36,758 bases of DNA, from IMG/VR virus record IMGVR_UViG_3300037423_001684, positions 1-36,758 of that record, one strand, 5' to 3'. The notes beneath the pieces are model-generated. The model saw only the letters and a program-made list of their open reading frames with translations, had not been told where the DNA came from and ran no database searches. Origin of the DNA: a virus (taxonomy: Duplodnaviria; Caudoviricetes). Shown piece after piece: positions 1 through 9,592 of this stretch (position 1 is the first letter of the stretch; each line of letters opens with the position of its first letter). The translations under genes were made by a program, and so were the position numbers.

Positions 1-742
1 CGTCCGGCGCGTCCGGCAGTTCCTTTAGTGTCGGCGCGTTGTCGTCGTAGGCGCCCTGGAGCCGCTCGAACGTGGCCTCGTCCTTGATGCAGTCGCGATC
101 AACGGGGCACGCAGCGATGCCAGGCACACGGATCTGCGAGCCCTCGGCGCTGTACTGCCAAGCCGCCCAGTTCGTCCACGGCGGTGGAACAGGAGGCGCA
201 CCATTCTCTGGGACGCCAGCCCATGAGTGTGTGTAGCTCGCCATCCAGAGCGGGTAACGCGCGGCCCACGACACATCAGCGCTCTTGCTCACGGTCTGCC
301 ACCACCACGGGTAGGTGTAGATCACCGGAAGGCGCCCCCAGAGAAGCGCCATTGCTTCGGCGCACTCCCGGCCCCAGTCGCTGATCTGCTGCGCGGTGCA
401 GCCCCATTTCATCCAGTCGACCGGCGACGGCCACTCGAGGTCAAGCGCCGGCGACAGCTCACCTGGCTGTGAGCCGAGCCCTCCGCATGCCTCGAAGAAC
501 AGCTTGGCTTGCTCGAGCGGGAGCCGTGCTTTATGCCAGTCGTCCGGCAGCGGGTAGGCGAAGTGGTAGGCGCCGACCACAATGCCCGCATCGCGAGCCC
601 GCTGGACGTTGCGCACGTAGGCCTCATCTCGGCGATCGTTGCCGACCTGACAACGGATCCAGGCGAAACGGACGCCGCTCGACGCGACGAGGTTCCAGTC
701 GATGGCCCCGTACCCTTCGTAGACGTCGATTCCCGGAATCAT
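1..742 (-). CDS. GH25-family lysozyme endolysin (3' end outside window)
   Basis: Translated by hand from ATG at 742: MIPGIDVYEGYGAIDWNLVASSGVRFAWIRC...VGAYHFAY...PALDLEW...VIYTY...YPLWMASY...WAAWQYS...VDRD. This has the GH25 GIDV, DxE, LWxAxY and WQY motifs. The frame stays open to base 1. Confidence 0.93.
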   Translation of the reverse strand, partial: MIPGIDVYEGYGAIDWNLVASSGVRFAWIRCQVGNDRRDEAYVRNVQRARDAGIVVGAYHFAYPLPDDWHKARLPLEQAKLFFEACGGLGSQPGELSPALDLEWPSPVDWMKWGCTAQQISDWGRECAEAMALLWGRLPVIYTYPWWWQTVSKSADVSWAARYPLWMASYTHSWAGVPENGAPPVPPPWTNWAAWQYSAEGSQIRVPGIAACPVDRDCIKDEATFERLQGAYDDNAPTLKELPDAPD

Positions 743-837
743 TGGCAGCACCTCACCAAAACGAACGCGTACACCGCGAGCGCGAACAACACGGCGAGGC
801 CGAACAGGACCCGCCCGATCGACCAGCCGGAGAACAT
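739..837 (-). CDS. 32-aa single-TM peptide (holin/antiholin candidate)
   Basis: MFSGWSIGRVLFGLAVLFALAVYAFVLVRCCQ. TGATG overlap with the upstream protease and ATGA overlap with the endolysin. Confidence 0.6.
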   Translation of the reverse strand: MFSGWSIGRVLFGLAVLFALAVYAFVLVRCCQ

Positions 838-1520
838 CAGGGCAGCGGCACGACGATGTCGCCGCGCTCTCCCAAGATCCGCTCGAGCGTGGTGAACGAC
901 ATGGTGAAGTACCCCTTGTCGCCCCACCCGATGCCCCATGAATTGACGCCGCGGACAACCCTCGCTTCGACGTCGACACCAAGAAGCTCGACCTCGTGAC
1001 CGCCGCGAACCTCGCCGCTGATGAGGAGCTCGGCGTGGTCGCCCACCGGCGAGTCGAAGCCCTCGTACCATGGTGTCCCGAGGATGACGGGGCCGACGAG
1101 CGATAGTGCCGCGAGCGTGCCCTGGAGCGAGAAAGCGTGGTGATAGGCGTGGATCAGGCCCATGCGCGAGGCCGCCTTGGCGACCGCGAGACCCGACGAG
1201 CCGGTGTCCTCGGGCGGGTAGTGGCCGGCGATGTAGTCGAGGCGCGTGGCAGCCGAGTAGATCTGCACGGCCAGTTCCTCATTCACGAGACGCCCCGGCT
1301 GGTAGTGCGGGCCCGTCGCGAGACAGCCCGCCATCGCGTTGCCGGTGCAGCTCCCGAGGTCTTTTTGATCGAACGGCTCCACATGGCGCTCCCAGAAGTG
1401 CGTTCGCACGGGGCTCTTCCGCGTCGTCGCCTCGAAGGCACGCGAGCGCGGGTCGTGCTCCACGTGGCGCCCGAGACGGCCTCGGCCCGGCTTCTCCGGG
1501 ATGACCTCCAGGCGCCTCAC
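837..1520 (-). CDS. Papain-like (C1 family) cysteine peptidase
   Basis: DQKDLGSCTGNA (oxyanion Gln and catalytic Cys), GGHEV (His), NSWG (Asn), WGDKGYF. Start placed at GTG 1520 (GTGA overlap). Confidence 0.88.
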   Translation of the reverse strand: MRRLEVIPEKPGRGRLGRHVEHDPRSRAFEATTRKSPVRTHFWERHVEPFDQKDLGSCTGNAMAGCLATGPHYQPGRLVNEELAVQIYSAATRLDYIAGHYPPEDTGSSGLAVAKAASRMGLIHAYHHAFSLQGTLAALSLVGPVILGTPWYEGFDSPVGDHAELLISGEVRGGHEVELLGVDVEARVVRGVNSWGIGWGDKGYFTMSFTTLERILGERGDIVVPLP

Positions 1521-1837
1521 TTGACGGCCGCCTTGTGCGCCTTGATCGCGATGGCGAGCTCGACATCGGTGGCGCACACGTCGCCGACGATCTTGCACTG
1601 GCCCGACTTGCGCCCGAGCTTTCCCGGCCCGGCGTCCGACCGCTCAGCGCGGACCGTCATCGCGAGGTCGATCAGGTCGTCAGCGGTCGCGCAGATCGCC
1701 TCCTCCTCCGGGCTCTCGGCGAATGCCTGGAGCAGCGTGCACGAGGCTTCCGCGACGGCGCCCACCTGCTTGGAGGTCGGGGGCTTGGCGCAGGCGACGA
1801 GGACGACGAGACCGAGGCCGATAGAACAGGACTTCAT
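1517..1837 (-). CDS. Lipoprotein (o-spanin-like candidate)
   Basis: MKSCSIGLGLVVLVAC lipobox; 106 aa; in the lysis cassette; ATGA overlap with the upstream gene. Confidence 0.7.
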   Translation of the reverse strand: MKSCSIGLGLVVLVACAKPPTSKQVGAVAEASCTLLQAFAESPEEEAICATADDLIDLAMTVRAERSDAGPGKLGRKSGQCKIVGDVCATDVELAIAIKAHKAAVK

Positions 1838-2256
1838 TTGACCAACCAACCTTTCGCGGCGAGGAAAGCGAGCACTGCGGTTCCGATCGCGTAGGCCACG
1901 CGGCGGACCATCGGGTTTGCCGCCACGGCGTCGAGACGCTTCAGGATCGCGAGCTGCGTCTCCTGCGTGACCTTGAGGTCGGCGACGTCGGCCTTGACCG
2001 CGATGATCTGCCCAGCCATCTCGGCGAGCTCTCCTTCGCTGTGCGTGATGCGAGTCAGCACCGGCGAGGACGGGGACACGGGCGGCGGCGGGTCACTGCC
2101 GAACACCTGCTTCTCGAGCCGCTCGACGCGCGAGCCGATCTGGCGCACCTCGTTGACCGTCTGCTTTTGGAGCGCGTTGTTCGCCGAGACGTCGCCCGCG
2201 ATGGTGCTCATCTGCGCCGACAGAGTCGCGAATGCCTTTCTCAGCTCGTCATCCAT
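1834..2256 (-). CDS. Coiled-coil protein with C-terminal TM helix (holin/spanin-like lysis protein)
   Basis: Heptad-rich body and C-terminal VAYAIGTAVLAFLAAKGWLVK; first gene of the lysis cassette. Confidence 0.65.
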   Translation of the reverse strand: MDDELRKAFATLSAQMSTIAGDVSANNALQKQTVNEVRQIGSRVERLEKQVFGSDPPPPVSPSSPVLTRITHSEGELAEMAGQIIAVKADVADLKVTQETQLAILKRLDAVAANPMVRRVAYAIGTAVLAFLAAKGWLVK

Positions 2257-2289
2257 GGCTCATTCCTCTGTGCTCTGCGCAGGCGTTGG

Positions 2290-4761
2290 TTACGCGCCAC
2301 CGTTCGGGCATCCGAGTGGCAAGTAATCGGTGCCGTTGTGCCAGTACATTCCGGACTTGCCCGCGCCGACGTTAATCGTCGTCGACGAGCTGCCGACGTG
2401 GCGGACGCCGATCGTTGTGGAGGTCTGGTTAGACACCCAGTAAACGGCGTCAGCGGTGTTCGGAAGCTCCAAGAACCCGCTGCCGACAATTGTCGTGCCG
2501 GTGAGGACAACGATCGGGCAACCCACGTCAGGCGGATTGACCGCGCCGGTAGCGATGGCGACCGACGTGGATCGAACCTTCATTGGTGCGCTGTAAGCAG
2601 AGTCTCCACCGATGGCCGCATTGAACTTGATCGCGCTACCTGTGATGGTGAGCGCATCATTCGCGGTCGGTCGGAAGTATATGGTTCCGCCGCTGTCCGT
2701 CTTGATGATGAGAGCTGCGAAGCCGCTATTGCCAATGATGCATTGGTCCGAGTTGTTGACCGTGAGCGCTTCGAGGTTCCCGCTATTCGCCGCGTTGCGC
2801 CACTGCAGCGATGTATTGTTGGAGAAGCGTCCAGCGCCGGCCGTCGCCGGTGCCGAGCCTTGCCGATAGCCGCCCGTCACCGTCAGGAGGTTGTTCGTCT
2901 TGTCCCAGGTGAAGTCAGCGTCGTCGCCGATGCTCGTGCTGTCGAAGAACGCGACGCGCGTGTCCGTGCCCGATGGGCCGGCGCTGGGCGTGTACCATTC
3001 GAAGGAGGTTCCGGCTCCGTCAACGCGGATCGAGTCGCCAGGGGATCCAAACGAGGTCAGGTTGCCGAGGGTGATCGTGACGAGGTCGGACGAGACGCTT
3101 GGAACAAGCGGAGGCTCGACGTCGAGCGTCTTGAACGGCAGGTCCACGCCGCTCTTTGCATTTGCCCACTCGATGCCGCCACCCACGTTGCTTGACGTGT
3201 TGGCCTCGCCCCCTCCGCCGCCGCCCGACGCGTCGCCGTGCTCGAGCTTCTCGGCGTTCGTATTGTCGCCGCCGATGAGCGCCCACTCGCCCGTCGCGAT
3301 CGTAACGGCCGTGCCGCTCGACCACTTGAAGGTGACGTCGTGCGAGTTGTTGTTGACGATGCGGATCTTCCTGCCTGCGCCGGGCCCGAAGTAGCTCGTG
3401 AGTTGGCGTGTCGCGGTGATCGTCCCATCCGCGATGACGAGCGTTTCGGCGACGCTCTGCTGCGCCGTCAGGGTCTGGTTCGCGTCCGCCGCGAACGTGA
3501 AAGGCACTCGGACGGCGTTTCGGACGTACGCCGGGAGGTTCCCGTCTACGCCGCGAGGGTTGACGAGCTCCACCCAGCCGTTGCCGCTGCCGCCGGTTGT
3601 CGCGAGGTCGGTGATGCCGTAGTCCGCATCGAACTCGCAGTCGTTGAACCGCATCATGCCGTCTGTGCACACGATGGCGGTGGGCGAGACGCGGCAACCC
3701 GTGAAGTCCGGGAGGCTCGTGCTGCTAACCGAGCGAATGTCGCTCGCGAACATGTCGCACGACACGAACGTGTGGCCGTTGTCGATTGCGCCGATGTAGA
3801 CGTTCGCCTGCGAGTTGTGATTGATGGTCGCGCCGACGACGGAGCCATGCCCGGCGTTCGTGCCCGGCGCGACGTACACGCCGTACGTGTTGTTCGAGAA
3901 GTTGCCGCCGTTGATCGCGCTGTTGCCGGCCGCGAGATAGATGCCGTACGTGCACCCGGTCGCTTGGCAGCCGATGAACTGCGCGTATTCGCCTTCTTCG
4001 GCGACGCGGAAGCCCCAGTTCCCGCAGTTCTTGGCGACGCACCGAACGAAGCATGGGCCCTGGTGGTCGACTTTCGGAGAACGGTAGTAGACGAATCCGT
4101 CGCTCCAGCAGTTCTCGGCGTGGATGTTGATGAGCGCGACGCGCTGCGGACCGCTGTTTGCGATTCCGCTCACGCCCATCTTCACGCCGTAGGCTTCGGA
4201 GGTCGCCGTCCCGTCTCCCAAGATCTTGAAGTCCCGCAGGACGATGTCGTTGACGGCGCCGATGAGGAGGACCGCGGCGGCCGCGCCCGTCTGCTTCAGG
4301 ACGCTCGACTGCCCCTGGCCGATGATGGCGCACCCGGCGGGGACTGACATGCCCCACGTCCCGAGGTACGTCTTGGCGCCGAGGACGAGCGTGTTGTAGG
4401 TGCCAGCGGCAAGCGCTGCGAACGCTGCAGCGATCGCGGTCTGGTCGCTGGTGACGCCATCGCCGACCGCGCCGAACTGCTCGAGCGAGCACGTGCCGCG
4501 TACGCCGTGGACGTAGAGGTGCGTGCTGTCGCTCGTGACGCGAACACCGTCGCCTGCCGTCAGGGTCTTGCCGGCGAGAGCAGTGCCGTTCTTGACCTGG
4601 ACGTCACCATCGGAGCCGCCAGGCGTTGCACTCGGGACGAGCGCAGCGATTTGGGCGACGGTCGCTTTCTTCGTAGCTCCGGCGGAGACGTCGACGATCG
4701 GGACCAGGTCATTGGTTGCGACGTCGGAAGCGGCCGGGAGCTGGGTGATCTTCTTCGACAT
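2290..4761 (-). CDS. Tailspike/tail fibre with right-handed beta-helix (putative depolymerase)
   Basis: N-terminal KKITQLPAA anchor; FGAVGDGVTSDQTAIAAAF pectate-lyase-3-like start motif; Asn/Gly/Cys ladder repeats; further fibre modules toward the C-terminus. Confidence 0.85.
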   Translation of the reverse strand: MSKKITQLPAASDVATNDLVPIVDVSAGATKKATVAQIAALVPSATPGGSDGDVQVKNGTALAGKTLTAGDGVRVTSDSTHLYVHGVRGTCSLEQFGAVGDGVTSDQTAIAAAFAALAAGTYNTLVLGAKTYLGTWGMSVPAGCAIIGQGQSSVLKQTGAAAAVLLIGAVNDIVLRDFKILGDGTATSEAYGVKMGVSGIANSGPQRVALINIHAENCWSDGFVYYRSPKVDHQGPCFVRCVAKNCGNWGFRVAEEGEYAQFIGCQATGCTYGIYLAAGNSAINGGNFSNNTYGVYVAPGTNAGHGSVVGATINHNSQANVYIGAIDNGHTFVSCDMFASDIRSVSSTSLPDFTGCRVSPTAIVCTDGMMRFNDCEFDADYGITDLATTGGSGNGWVELVNPRGVDGNLPAYVRNAVRVPFTFAADANQTLTAQQSVAETLVIADGTITATRQLTSYFGPGAGRKIRIVNNNSHDVTFKWSSGTAVTIATGEWALIGGDNTNAEKLEHGDASGGGGGGEANTSSNVGGGIEWANAKSGVDLPFKTLDVEPPLVPSVSSDLVTITLGNLTSFGSPGDSIRVDGAGTSFEWYTPSAGPSGTDTRVAFFDSTSIGDDADFTWDKTNNLLTVTGGYRQGSAPATAGAGRFSNNTSLQWRNAANSGNLEALTVNNSDQCIIGNSGFAALIIKTDSGGTIYFRPTANDALTITGSAIKFNAAIGGDSAYSAPMKVRSTSVAIATGAVNPPDVGCPIVVLTGTTIVGSGFLELPNTADAVYWVSNQTSTTIGVRHVGSSSTTINVGAGKSGMYWHNGTDYLPLGCPNGGA

Positions 4762-4762
4762 G

Positions 4763-4933
4763 TCAGCTCTCCGTCGTCACGAATTCGCTCTGTTCGGACA
4801 GAAGCGGCTCGCCACTCTCGGTGAGGATGTTCAGGTCCACGCACTCGCAGTCGTCGGACGGATCTCCGGCAGGCACTCGAAGCGTCTGCAGCTTCTTGCG
4901 CCAAGCAATCCAGCTCCGTCCGCGACCGAACAT
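4763..4933 (-). CDS. 56-aa small virion/tail-associated protein
   Basis: Hand translation MFGRGRSWIAWRKKLQTLRVPAGDPSDDCECVDLNILTESGEPLLSEQSEFVTTES. Fills the gap exactly: TGATG overlap upstream, ends 1 nt before the tailspike ATG. Confidence 0.6.
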   Translation of the reverse strand: MFGRGRSWIAWRKKLQTLRVPAGDPSDDCECVDLNILTESGEPLLSEQSEFVTTES

Positions 4934-5328
4934 CAGCGCGACCTCGCCTGAGACGACGCGTAGACGATGAGCTTCGAGCTAGAGGCGTTGGCCTGCCAGC
5001 TCACTTGCGCGTGTAGCTTCGGATCGATCCGAACGCGCAGGCTCGAGCCGTCCGCGAGCGGGACGCCGTTCGCGATGTCGGTGCCTGCTGCGAAGGTGGC
5101 ACCCCCCGCCTTGCTCTTGTCGACGTTGACCGTCCCAGCGGGCCCGAGCGCGATCCAGATCTCGTCGCCCTTCGCTCGGAAGGTGACGTACCGATAATGC
5201 ATATCGTCCGGCAGGCGCGCATTCGCCGCGGTCGTCGTCGCGGCAAGGATCGCGATGCCCTCTCCGGCGGTCGCCGACTGAGTCGGCGGCGTCTGATTGG
5301 CAAACTGGCGCTCAACCTCGGTCGTCAT
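4933..5328 (-). CDS. Hypothetical virion protein (131 aa, beta-rich)
   Basis: Protein-like composition; lies between the ejection proteins and the tailspike. Confidence 0.7.
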   Translation of the reverse strand: MTTEVERQFANQTPPTQSATAGEGIAILAATTTAANARLPDDMHYRYVTFRAKGDEIWIALGPAGTVNVDKSKAGGATFAAGTDIANGVPLADGSSLRVRIDPKLHAQVSWQANASSSKLIVYASSQARSR

Positions 5329-5378
5329 GGCCGCGCCTCAGCGCAACCATGCGCGGCACGACCTCAACGCTCATTTGC

Positions 5379-7754
5379 TCACAGTGCATCACTCGCCTCC
5401 ATTCGGTCGGTTGGCGACGCGAGAGACTGCGCCGCCTTGCTATTTCCGCTGCCGATCGGTGTCAGCTGCGGACCGCCTGCCTGCGTCGGTGTCGACGGGG
5501 CCCCCTGGGCGAATGCTTGCTGGAACCCTCGGATGGTAGCACCTTGCGTGTACTTCGACACGGGCTGGTTGAACATGATCGCGAGGGCCATCTCCTGCTG
5601 GATCGAGATGTTCGGATCGTTCGCCATCCCATAGTCGCGCATGGCCTTTGCCATCGCCGCAAAGAGCGGCGGATTCACGAACTTGACGGCCTCGATCTGC
5701 TCACGGCTCAGCCGACGATGCGCCAGATCGTCGAGCGTCTTGTCTACGTCGAGCGCCGAGAGTCCCCGCTCCATCTCCGCCTGCGCGCGGGGCCCGATGG
5801 CCCTTGGTACTTTCGGGCCGAACGAAACACCGACGGGAGCCGGCTCGCGCGGCAGCTTCTGCTGCGCCCAGGTCGCCGCCCGCATGACGGACTGCGAGAC
5901 CTGCGCAGCGATATTCGGCGCTGCCTGCTGCATGCCGGTCTGGGCGAGCTGGTTCGCCACATGGTTCGTCAGCACCGCCGAGTTGTTGACCGCCGCTCGA
6001 AGGGCCGCGCGCTGCGCCGGAGAGACCTTCAGGGGCTTGGCGCTCGAGGCCGGCGGCGTTCCCGCGCCATAAAACGCCTTGACCGAGCTCGCGAGCTTCG
6101 TGTCGAAGGCTGCCGCCGCGCGTTGGATGGCTTCGAGCTTCGCGATGCGATTGATCGTAAATGCCGCCGCCTGATTGCCGTAGGTGCGGACGACCTTGTT
6201 GATCGCTGGGAGCGCCAGACTCGCCACTGCGGCAATCGGATGCCCGGCCATGAGCGACGTGGCGGCCGTCGAAAGGCCGCCGGCGCCAGCGATGGTATCC
6301 GTGAGACTGATCGCGCGATTGGCGACCTCCCGAGCGGTCTCCTTGCTGAGGATCCGCTCGGCCGTCTTCAGATCTGCGTAGCGCTGCTTGGCGAAGTCGT
6401 ACTTGGACGAGAACTCGATGCCGAGATCATTCGCAGCGCGCTCGGCCGCCGTCTCGTACTCGCCCTCAAGAATTCGCTCAATCTTCTGCAGGTGCTCAAA
6501 GCCGGCTGGCGGCGACGGTGGCGCGGCCCCCTTCACCGACTTTGGGTAGATGCGATCCGCAAGGTCACGACGGAGCGACTGCAACTCCTCAAAGCTGCCG
6601 AAAGCCTGCTTTCCAGCCGTCCGGCTCTCGATCTCCTGCAAATATGGCTCGATGGCGCGGAGCTCGCCTTGCGCGAAGGCCTTGTTCTGTAGCGGGACGA
6701 CGACCTCGGTCTCGATCCGTTTGAGGATCGGATCGACCTCGGGGCGGATCACCGAGCGATCGAGTTCTTTCCGCAGCGTCCCGATCTCCTCCCCATATTT
6801 CTCGACCTTCTGCGCCACGCGTTCGGCCATGTCCGTCTTGCTCGCGGCAGCAGTGACGATGTCCTCGTCGAGCAATGTTCGGCCGATTCGGTTGATGCCT
6901 GCTTCCTGCTCCGCCGCAGTCTTCCCGAGCTTCTCGACGGCGGCGATCTTCGCCCCGGTTGCCTTGAATGCCTGACCCGCGGCCGCATCTTCGATCTTCT
7001 CGATGGTCGACTTGGCCGCTGTCGACGCTGCTCCACCTTTGCTGGCGACCGTGGCGAGCTTGTCGGCAAGCGCTCCGCCGCCGGCAACAAGCCCCGCGCC
7101 CAGAAGTAGGTTGAGCACGCCGCCCTCGAGACCAGCGGCGAGATACTTCCCAGCAACGAGTTCATGGTCGCCCAGCGTGTCTTCGCTGAGCTGCTGGCCA
7201 AGACCCATCCCGACGCCTTCGGCCAGGAGTGTTGGGGCAGCCTGAACCGCGCGCGCCGCCGCGCGAACGAGTAGTCCATCACCGAGAGATCCTGCGGCCG
7301 TCGCGGGAGGTGCTCCGAAGGCCAGTGGAGCGAGCGAGCCGGCAATTTCGCCAACGGTCGAAGCCGTCGGGTGACCTTCCTTCAGGAGCCGCAGCGTGTG
7401 CCGCATCTCCTCGGCACCCTGGTCGCCTTCGATCAGGCGATCGGCCGCGACCGCGAGCGGATCGAAGGTGCCGAAGGAAAGGCCGCGGCCAACGCCAGCG
7501 AGCCCGGCGGCGACGGTGCCCGCGGTGCCGGTTTTGGCGGTGTAATACTCGGTGTCGGTCGACGGTCGATAGCCGTACTGCCGGACAGCGGTCTCCGCAT
7601 TCTCGATCGGAACGCTCTGGACGGTGCCGTCGGGATCGGTGAGTGCAACGTGGCCAGGATCATCCGTCGGGATGGCCCGATCGGGAATGTCAGGAGCCGG
7701 CGCAGCCTCAGCCGCCGGCGCCCCATCGACGGTGATCGGCGCGATCTCCGCCAT
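5379..7754 (-). CDS. Internal virion/DNA ejection protein (791 aa)
   Basis: Ala/Gly-rich helical protein with hydrophobic stretches (GVLNLLLGAGLVAGGGAL); third of three large genes after the nozzle, as in podoviruses. Confidence 0.7.
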   Translation of the reverse strand: MAEIAPITVDGAPAAEAAPAPDIPDRAIPTDDPGHVALTDPDGTVQSVPIENAETAVRQYGYRPSTDTEYYTAKTGTAGTVAAGLAGVGRGLSFGTFDPLAVAADRLIEGDQGAEEMRHTLRLLKEGHPTASTVGEIAGSLAPLAFGAPPATAAGSLGDGLLVRAAARAVQAAPTLLAEGVGMGLGQQLSEDTLGDHELVAGKYLAAGLEGGVLNLLLGAGLVAGGGALADKLATVASKGGAASTAAKSTIEKIEDAAAGQAFKATGAKIAAVEKLGKTAAEQEAGINRIGRTLLDEDIVTAAASKTDMAERVAQKVEKYGEEIGTLRKELDRSVIRPEVDPILKRIETEVVVPLQNKAFAQGELRAIEPYLQEIESRTAGKQAFGSFEELQSLRRDLADRIYPKSVKGAAPPSPPAGFEHLQKIERILEGEYETAAERAANDLGIEFSSKYDFAKQRYADLKTAERILSKETAREVANRAISLTDTIAGAGGLSTAATSLMAGHPIAAVASLALPAINKVVRTYGNQAAAFTINRIAKLEAIQRAAAAFDTKLASSVKAFYGAGTPPASSAKPLKVSPAQRAALRAAVNNSAVLTNHVANQLAQTGMQQAAPNIAAQVSQSVMRAATWAQQKLPREPAPVGVSFGPKVPRAIGPRAQAEMERGLSALDVDKTLDDLAHRRLSREQIEAVKFVNPPLFAAMAKAMRDYGMANDPNISIQQEMALAIMFNQPVSKYTQGATIRGFQQAFAQGAPSTPTQAGGPQLTPIGSGNSKAAQSLASPTDRMEASDAL

Positions 7755-9592
7755 CAGCGCACCGGCTTGGCTCCGAGCTGGTTGGCGATCATCTGTTGCG
7801 CGAACGGCTTTGGCGCTCCCGTAGCCCCCTGCTGTCGCGCGAGCGCATTGACCGTATTGCGCACGCCCTCCAGCTTCTGCATCGCCATCGCTTCGGTATC
7901 GCTAGGTTCGATCTGGTAGCGGTCTTCGATGACCTTCAGCATGGCTTGCGAGGGCTTGCCGTCGGCGTCCTTAGCCACCTTGCCGACCGCTTGGAGCATC
8001 ATCGTGTTGAGGAAATCGATGTCCTTGGCCGTCTTCGTGGCGTCTGGCGCAAGTCGCTGCCCCAAGTGCGATGCTGCGCCAGTCTCAAGGCCGAGGTCCT
8101 TGAGCGCGGGCAGCTTCTTCATTGCGTCGATCTGCGAGTTGAACTCATCGGAAGCCAACTGCGCTTCTGCGTGCTCCGCGGCGATCTTTCCACGCTGCTC
8201 GCGCGTCATGAGCGGGGCGCCTCCCGTGCCTGCAGGACGATCCGCGACACTGCCAGGGTAGTAGATGACGCCAACCGCGCGACGTGCTTCGGCCTCCGCC
8301 GTCGCCGGGTCGCCGGTCTGTGTAAGGAGTTCCTTGTAGACCTCCTTGTATGTATCCTGCACCTGCTTGGTGCGCGCATAGGCCTGGTTCGCCGCCGCGA
8401 TAGCCTGCTGCTGCTTCTTCAGACCGATCTGTTCCTGCAGCATCGCTTGCTGCTGGCCCACCTGCGCAATCGCATCATCTGCTCGAGCGCGCGCGGCGGG
8501 CGTCCCATCGCGATCGGCCTCGGCGTTGATCTCGTTCTTCGCCGCCTCGTAGGAGAGGTTTCGAAGCTGCATCTTTGCAAGCTGGTCGTCCTTCTGTGCT
8601 GCGCGCTGCTGCTGCAGCATGTTCATCCCCTGGCCGATCGCGAACTTCTGGTCTTGGATCTGCCGTTCCTGCTCGGCGATCCCTCGGTCGATGTGCCGAT
8701 TGAGATCGTCGATGAACTGGTTGGACTTGCCGCCGCTGATTCCCTGGTAGAAGCCGCCCACCGCTCCGCCGACAACGGCGAGAATGCCGAGCGCGGGCTG
8801 CTCCTTGAAATCCTTCAGTGGGTCGACCTTGCGCGTCTTGACGTCATCCAGCTGCCGTCCCAACTCCGCCATCTGCTCGTCGAAGTGCTGAGAGGCGTAG
8901 TCCTGCTCGGCGCGCGCGATCGCGGCGTCCTCCTCCTGCATGCGGCCGAGGTTCGCCATGTTGTCGGCGAGCTTCACGGCGCGTGTCTCGTCGGCAGCGG
9001 CCGCGCGATCCATCGCATGCATGCGCGTGTCGAAGGCACCCAACTGCGCCTTTTGAGCGGCGAGGATGCCGTATGGATCGGGGTTTGCCGGCGCACCAGC
9101 ACCGCTCGGCTTCGGCTTCGGCGCCTCAAGCTTCGCATTGAGCTTGGCCAGCGCCGCATCGTCAGCCGCAGTGGGGCCGATCCCGGCGAGATTCACATCT
9201 TTCTTCGGTGCTGGTCCAGCTGGCGGCGGGGACGGCGCAAGACCACCCGCGAGCTTCGGCGGCTCTGCCAGTGACACGGTCGGAGCGCCCGCGATCGATG
9301 CGCCGCTGGATCCGGGCTGGATGAAGTCGTTGTAGACGCGCTCCTGAGGCGGAGCGATTCCCATCTTCGCAGCACCCGCCGCAAACGGGTCGGCTGGAGA
9401 TGGTGCGGCCGCCTCGGCCGGCGTCGGCGCGGGGGCGATCCCTGCAGCGGCAGCGCCGGCGGCAAATGGATCCGTCGGCACGGCGGCGTCCGCACCCCAA
9501 TACTGGTTGATCGCGGCGTCGTCGGCGGGCGCGGGCCCAGGGTCGACGCCCCAGTAGGACGCGTTCGGATCAGGGTTCGGCGGAAGAGCCAT
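7754..9592 (-). CDS. Internal virion/DNA ejection protein (612 aa)
   Basis: Pro/Ala-rich N-terminus, Gln-rich coiled coils, one hydrophobic segment (ALGILAVVGGAVGGFY); position in the ejection cluster. Confidence 0.7.
   Translation of the reverse strand: MALPPNPDPNASYWGVDPGPAPADDAAINQYWGADAAVPTDPFAAGAAAAGIAPAPTPAEAAAPSPADPFAAGAAKMGIAPPQERVYNDFIQPGSSGASIAGAPTVSLAEPPKLAGGLAPSPPPAGPAPKKDVNLAGIGPTAADDAALAKLNAKLEAPKPKPSGAGAPANPDPYGILAAQKAQLGAFDTRMHAMDRAAAADETRAVKLADNMANLGRMQEEDAAIARAEQDYASQHFDEQMAELGRQLDDVKTRKVDPLKDFKEQPALGILAVVGGAVGGFYQGISGGKSNQFIDDLNRHIDRGIAEQERQIQDQKFAIGQGMNMLQQQRAAQKDDQLAKMQLRNLSYEAAKNEINAEADRDGTPAARARADDAIAQVGQQQAMLQEQIGLKKQQQAIAAANQAYARTKQVQDTYKEVYKELLTQTGDPATAEAEARRAVGVIYYPGSVADRPAGTGGAPLMTREQRGKIAAEHAEAQLASDEFNSQIDAMKKLPALKDLGLETGAASHLGQRLAPDATKTAKDIDFLNTMMLQAVGKVAKDADGKPSQAMLKVIEDRYQIEPSDTEAMAMQKLEGVRNTVNALARQQGATGAPKPFAQQMIANQLGAKPVR

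Noticed and set aside
2290-4761. Diversity-generating retroelement or invertible tail-fibre cassette
   Set aside because: No reverse transcriptase, template/variable repeat pair or inverted alternative fibre ends are seen in the window.
4759-4765. Stop-codon readthrough fusing the 56-aa ORF to the tailspike
   Set aside because: TGA-C-ATG puts the two out of frame and no slippery sequence is evident.
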